A model generated the notes under the pieces. The model did no database searches. It had not been told where the DNA came from and saw only the letters and a list, made by a program, of their open reading frames with translations. Both the position numbers and the translations under genes were made by a program. Positions 58,810 through 64,000 of a stretch of 64,000 nucleotides of DNA are shown one piece after another. Within the stretch, counting starts at the first letter, position 1. Each line of letters opens with the position of its first letter. This DNA comes from an uncultured delta proteobacterium (GTDB taxonomy: Bacteria; Myxococcota; Myxococcia; Myxococcales; Anaeromyxobacteraceae), in the NCBI GenBank assembly GCA_963766715.1, contig CAVYBH010000008.1, positions 576,001 through 640,000 on the forward strand. The letters are read 5' to 3'.

Positions 58810-61068
58810 ATGAAGCAGCTCACGAGATGGACCGCGACGCTGGCGATGGTCGCACTGGCGAGCGCGGCGCAGGCCGACCTGAACCGGGTCGGACCGCCTG
58901 CGTTGCCCTCCCCTCCCGGCAACGGGTTCCCGGCCTGGTACCAGGACCTGAACGGCCTGACCCTCGACATCTGCCTGCCCAACGCGAGCGGCGACACGGG
59001 TCAGGCGCAGCAGGCTGCCTGCCTCCTGACCGGGGTCGGCATCGAGCCGCCGTACGTCTTCCCGACCAACTACCCCGACGAGATCTTCTACTTCCGGGCC
59101 GTCTCGGACGTGCTCGACACGAGCGCCAACGGCGCCGCCGGGACGAACAAGGCGATCCTGGTCCTGGCCCTCGAGGCCGCGTTCGCGAGCGGCGGCGCGC
59201 AGGCGGGCCAGCAGATCGTCTTCACGCGAATCCGCGTCACCGCGGGCGTGCCGCACGCGGGCACCTACACGGTCACCCACCCCTACGGCATCGAGACCTT
59301 CGTCGTCGACGTGGCCACGGGCGCGCGGGACATCTTCTTCTCCGAGGACATCGGCATCAACCCGGGCGCCTTCACGGACGCGCTCTCGAGCCGGGTGGGA
59401 CCGTTCCTCCAGGCGTCGGCCATCGAGGGCGGCGCGCCGAAGGCGCCCGTCACCATCAACGGCGCCTCCTTCCTCTCCGACGGCGTGGCGCTCGAGATCC
59501 TCACCGGCAGCCCCTTCGGGACCAACTACTTCGAGATGTGCGGCCCCTTCGACGGCGCGGCCAATCCCGACACCTGCCGGAAGACGCCCCTCTTCAGCCT
59601 GACCGGCCGCCTGCACAGCGGGCTCATCGGCAGCCCGCTGCGGGTGGATCGCGCCTCCTACAGCCGCTTCCGGGTCGGACGCGCAGGTCGACGTCTCCGC
59701 CAACGCCAAGGCCGGCATCGGCCAGGCCGCCCCGAAGCTCACCACCGCGTCCTCCAGCGTCTCGCCGGTGCTCCTCAACGGCCCGACGGCGCTCGGCGAG
59801 TGGTACGCGCAGGGCATCCCGGTCCCGGCCAGCGCGATCCCGAGCCAGCTCACCGTGACGAACAGCGCCGACTCGCCGCCCACCTCGGTGGTGGCGCGCG
59901 TGACCGACCTCGTCACCGTCAAGTCGGCGAACTACGCCGGCGCCACCCTCACCGTCGTGGCGACCACCACCGACAAGGGTGACTTCACCAACACCCCCGA
60001 CCCGCTGCTGCCGCCCAGCCTCGCCTCGACGGATTCCCCCTGGCCAGCGTCTCCCGTGCCAACTCCTCGGATCCGGGCCGAGACCACCTTCACCGTCGTC
60101 CTCCCTGGCCGTCCGCCCCGAGCGTTCGGGTGTCCTCCGCGGCCGGCGGCCAGGGACAGATGGACGTCGTCATGGCTCGCACGGCGGCCTTCGCCGGCGG
60201 CGTTCCGCTCGCCGTCGACGACAATGCCGACCGCCACCGCGGGTGGGGGCGAGATCCCGGTGTTCGTGATGGACAACGACGTGCTGGGCAGCGTGCTGCT
60301 GAACGCGGCTCCTCTCGCGATCATCGGCGTCCCGACGGCCGGCACGGCCACCGTCCGGAAGGACGCGGTCACCGGGGCGTTCTACGTGGGCTACCTGCCC
60401 TCGCACCTCGCGGGACCGAGACGTTCCAGTACACGGTGCGGAACGCGGAGGGGCAGTCCAACGTCGCGACCGTCACGGTCGACGTGGGCCCGAACCCGAA
60501 CCCGACCCCGGTGGCGGTGAACGACCCGACGGTGGGCGCCCTCACGCTGACCACCGGCGCGACGATCACCGTCAACGTGCTCGGCAACGACAGCGGGAAC
60601 GGCGGCACGCTCGACCCGGCCTCCGTCCTGGTGAGCAGCGTCACCGGCGGAACGGCGGTCGTGAACCCGGCGAACGGGGCCATCAGCTACACGGCCGGCG
60701 CCGCCACCGGGAACTTCAGCATCACGTACACGGTGGCCAACACCAACGGCCTGAGGTCGAACGCCGCCACCGTCGCGCTGACCGTGACGGCCCCCGAGAC
60801 CATCACGCTGAAGGGCGCGCAGTGCCAGCGCCAGGGCACGCAGTGGGTGGTGCAGGGCTCGAGCACCACGCTGACCGGGACCATGACCATCTTCAACGTG
60901 GGTCTCGTTCCGGCCGCTCCCACGGTCTCCCAGATCATCGCGAACGTCCCGATCTCGGCCGGCAAGTGGCAGTACAACGTGAAGGGCGGCCCGGCCTGCG
61001 TCAGCCCCATCAGCCTGCAGTCGACGGGCGGCGGCAAGCTGCAGAACGTGAACGTGGCCATCAAGTAG
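58810..61068 (+). CDS. Large secreted protein C: unrecognised N-terminal domain plus Ig/cadherin-like modules; frameshifts
   Basis: GGGAG SD, signal ..ASAAQA; NGFPAWYQD..GL.LDICLP, FPTNYPDEIFYF, LALEAAF, FTRIRV, YTVTHPYG; PVAVND...VNVLGNDS repeat. Confidence 0.78.
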
Positions 61069-61086
61069 CCGGCACGCGCAGCATCC

Positions 61087-61138
61087 CCGGCCCCCGGATC
61101 CCGACGCAGCTCGGGGACCGGGGGCCGGTCCTTTTTCT
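61087..61138 (+). terminator. Intrinsic terminator
   Basis: CCGGCCCCCGG...CCGGGGGCCGG stem followed by TCCTTTTTCT. Confidence 0.7.
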
Positions 61139-61159
61139 CGCCGGTTCCGGGCCGCCATC

Positions 61160-61187
61160 TGTCCACTGGAAACGGCGTCGGGTGTCG
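61160..61187 (+). promoter_or_regulatory. Putative ECF-type promoter TGTC-N18-GTGTCG
   Basis: Just after the terminator, ~32 nt upstream of GTG 61219. Confidence 0.55.
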
Positions 61188-61218
61188 TACCAGCAGTCGA
61201 ACACGCCAGGAGACCCTC

Positions 61219-63886
61219 GTGACCCTCGCCCTCCCCTCGCCTCCGATCGAACGCCGCGATCCTCCTGCTCGTCCTCGCCGCCTGCGGCGGATCCGCCGGC
61301 GACCCGACGCGTCCCGTCGTGACGCCGCCCGGCGGCCCGGGGCCCCCGGCGTCCCTCTCGGCGACGGCCGGCAACCAGTCGGCGTCGCTGTCCTGGATCG
61401 GCCCGCCTCGGACGGCGGGAGCGCCATCACGGGCTACTCGGTCGTGGCCTGCCGGCCGCGCCGTCGGCCGTGGTTGCCGTCAGTCGGGACGACCGCGTCG
61501 GTCACGGGCCTCGCGAACGGGACGCACCTACACCTTCACCGTCCGGCCACCAACGCCGTCGGGAGCGGTCCGGCGTCGAGCACGCCGTCGAACGCCTACC
61601 CCGCCGCGTCGCCGCCGTCCTCGCCAGCGTGACCCCCGGCCTCGGGCTCTTCTGCGGCGGCGCCGTCGGTGACCCTCGCCGGCAGGGGCTTCGTCCCGGG
61701 CGCCGCGGGGAGCGTCGTGACCTTCGGCGGCGTCGCCGCCACCGTCACCAGCCGCACGGCCACGTCACTCGTCGTCTCGACGCCGGCGCACGGCGCCGGC
61801 TCGCAGCCGGTCACCGTGACCAACCCGGACGGCCAGGGCAGCACATGCCGGGCGCATACGCTTCGTCGATCCCCCGCCCGCCCACGCCGCCGGTGACCGC
61901 ATCCGTCACACCCGTGACGGACCCGGACTGGGCAGAGCGCCGTGCTTGCCGGGGCGTTCTCGTTCGTGACCCCTCCCGCCACTCCGGCGCCGCTCCTCTC
62001 CAGCCTGTCCCCGGCATCGGGTGCCGGCGTGGGAGGGACCGCGGTGACGCTCGCGGGAACCGGCTTCGTCTCGCCGGTCTCGGTCCGGTTCGGCGGGACC
62101 GCCGCCACGGTCTCGGCGCAGACGGCCACCTCCATCGTCGTGGTCGCCCCGCCGCACGCCCTCGGCCTCGTGGACGTGGTGGTGACGAATCCGGACGCCC
62201 AGTCCTCCACCCGGGCTCGCCGCCTTCGACTACGTCTTCCCGGCGGCCCCGCCCTCCGACGCTCTCGAGCGCGGCTCCCGCCCAGGGGGCCGCCGCCGGG
62301 CGGCACGACGGTGACGCTCGGGGGCTCCGGCTTCGTGGCGCCCGGTGACGGTCAGCCTTCGGTGGCGGCGGCGGCCACGGTCGTGAGCGTGAGCCCGAGC
62401 GCCGTGACGGTGGTGACGCCCCCGCACGCCGCGGGGGCGGTGGCGGTCGTGATGACGAACGCCGACACCCAGGCCTCGACCCTGCCCGTCCGGATTCACC
62501 TACACCGCGGCGCCGGTCATCCCGCCTCCGTCGCTCACGGGCGCGACGCCCGCCTCCGGGCCCACCGCGGGAGGCACCACGGTCGCGCTGTCGGGCGCCG
62601 ACTTCGACGCGGGCGCCTCGGTCACCTTCGGCGGCGTGGCCGCCGCGGTCGTGTCCCGGACCGCCAGCACCCTCACCGTGACGGCGCCCGCCCACGGCGC
62701 CGGGGTCGGTGGAGCGTCGTGGTCACGAACGGCAGCGGGCTGTCCGCGACCCTGGCGGGCGGGTACTCGTTACGTCGCCCCGCCCGCCATCACGAGCGTG
62801 AGCCCGGCCACCGGTCCCGTCGTCGGGCGGGACATCGGTGACCATCGCGGGCACCGGGTTCGTCTCCGGCGTCGAGCGGCAGCCAGGTGACGGTCGGCGG
62901 GGCCGCGGCCACGGTGACCGGCCGCACCAACCTGACGCTCGTCCGTGACGACGCGCCGGCGCATCCGGCGGGGCTCGCACCGGTCGCCGTGACCAACCCG
63001 GACGGCCAGAGCGCCACGCTGGCCGGGGCCTTCACCTTCGTCGACCCGCCGCCGGCGCCTTCGGCCCCGACCCTCACCGGCGATCAGCCCGTCCTCCGGG
63101 CCGGCCGCCGGCGGGACCACGGTGGTCCTCACCGGGACGAACTTCGTCACCGGCGGCGTCGTGACCTTCGGGGGCGTGGCGGCCACGATCGTCGGACCCG
63201 GTGCTCTCCACCCAGATCACCGTGACGACGCCGGCTCACTCAGCCGGTGGGCGCCGTCGACGTGACCTTCCTGAACCCGTTCACCGGCCAGGTGGCCTCG
63301 GTCGCGCTCGGCTACACCTTCCTGGCCGCGCCCCCGGTCATCGACGCCCTGAGCATCCGCGGCGCTCCGCCCGCCGGCGGGACCACGCTCAACATCCTCG
63401 GCTCCGGATTCCAGCCCGGCGTCACGGCCACCTTCGGCGGCGCGGCCGCGACCGGGCTCGTGATCTCCGACGCCACGCCGCCCGCGGAAGTACCTCACCC
63501 TGACCATCCCGCCCCAGCCCGCCGGAGCCGGGGCCTTCGTCGACCTGGTCATCCGGAACCCGGACGGCGGCTCGGCCACCTACCCCGGCTTCCACTACGG
63601 GCCGCCCCCGACCATCACGTCCGTGTCGGTCGCGCCCCCGGACGCGCTCACCAACATGCACAAGGGGGACGTCATCACCATCAGCCGGCGCGGACTTCAG
63701 CGCGAGCACCGGCGTCCAGGTCCAGATCGGCAACCTACGCGCTGATCGTGTCGGCGTCCGCCACCGAGCTCGTGGTGGAGGCACCCAAGGTGAACCCGGG
63801 CACCTACCGGCTGGTGGTGACGAACACACGACGGCCAGTTCGGCGTCGCGGCGACGGCGTTCGACATCGTCTACCAGGGACCCTGA
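61219..63886 (+). CDS. Surface lipoprotein with an FN3 domain and ~8 IPT/TIG repeats; heavily frameshifted
   Basis: AGGAG SD; lipobox ILLLVLAA-C in a shifted frame; FN3 (SATAGNQSASLSW..P.SDGGSAITGY); repeats SP.SG...GGT.VTL.GT.F....V.FGG..A.V.......V..P.H..G.V.V.VTNPD. Confidence 0.72.
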
Positions 63887-64000
63887 CGCCCGTCCCAGGC
63901 CCTCGGCCGGCTCACATCCGGCCGCAGGGCCTGCGGAACGGGCAGCGCCTGCAGGCGGACCGATCCTCGATCGGCGGGAACCGCTCCTTCGAGGCGGCGT

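Noticed and set aside
21468..63886. Accessory region as a mobile genomic island or prophage
   Set aside because: No integrase, transposase, phage gene, tRNA target or flanking direct repeat was seen, and there is no obvious GC shift by eye.

Overview
High-GC bacterial window. Gene content and order suggest an Anaeromyxobacter-like member of Myxococcota; this is inferred, not searched. Many genes, including conserved ones such as hpt and ispE, are broken by single-base frameshifts. These look like long-read indel errors, so genes were reassembled across frames by eye and boundaries near frameshifts are approximate. 1-14.7 kb is core genome: a glycogen cluster (glgA, galT-like, MFS transporter, GH57), hpt, ispE-spoVG-prs-rplY-pth-rpsF-rpsR-rplI, a Ser/Thr kinase and an mreB with no mreCD. 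14.9-21.5 kb is a sigma54-linked redox module: a 7-heme cytochrome c/cytochrome b fusion, a 12-heme cytochrome, a histidine kinase and an NtrC-type activator. About 21.4-64 kb is the most interesting part, an accessory region where nearly everything comes in paralog pairs: 2 ECF sigmas without anti-sigmas, 2 RpoH-like sigmas, 2 large secreted proteins sharing an unrecognised ~480-aa domain, 2 PKD-repeat lipoproteins sharing an unrecognised Trp/Cys C-terminal domain, 2 tandem-SRPBCC proteins, 2 Tat multicopper oxidases, 2 degenerate ThiF proteins and 2 IPT/TIG proteins. It also holds an ~800-aa atypical di-heme peroxidase-family enzyme, CusBA without CusC, and a large Ig-like secreted protein. 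Three recurrent regulatory motifs tie the region together: TG[AT]C-N18-GTGTC, Fnr-like TTGAC-N4-ATCAA, and an AACGTT core. The working hypothesis is an undescribed cell-surface copper/metal-oxidation system with its own sigma cascade. No rRNA, tRNA, CRISPR array or mobile element was found.
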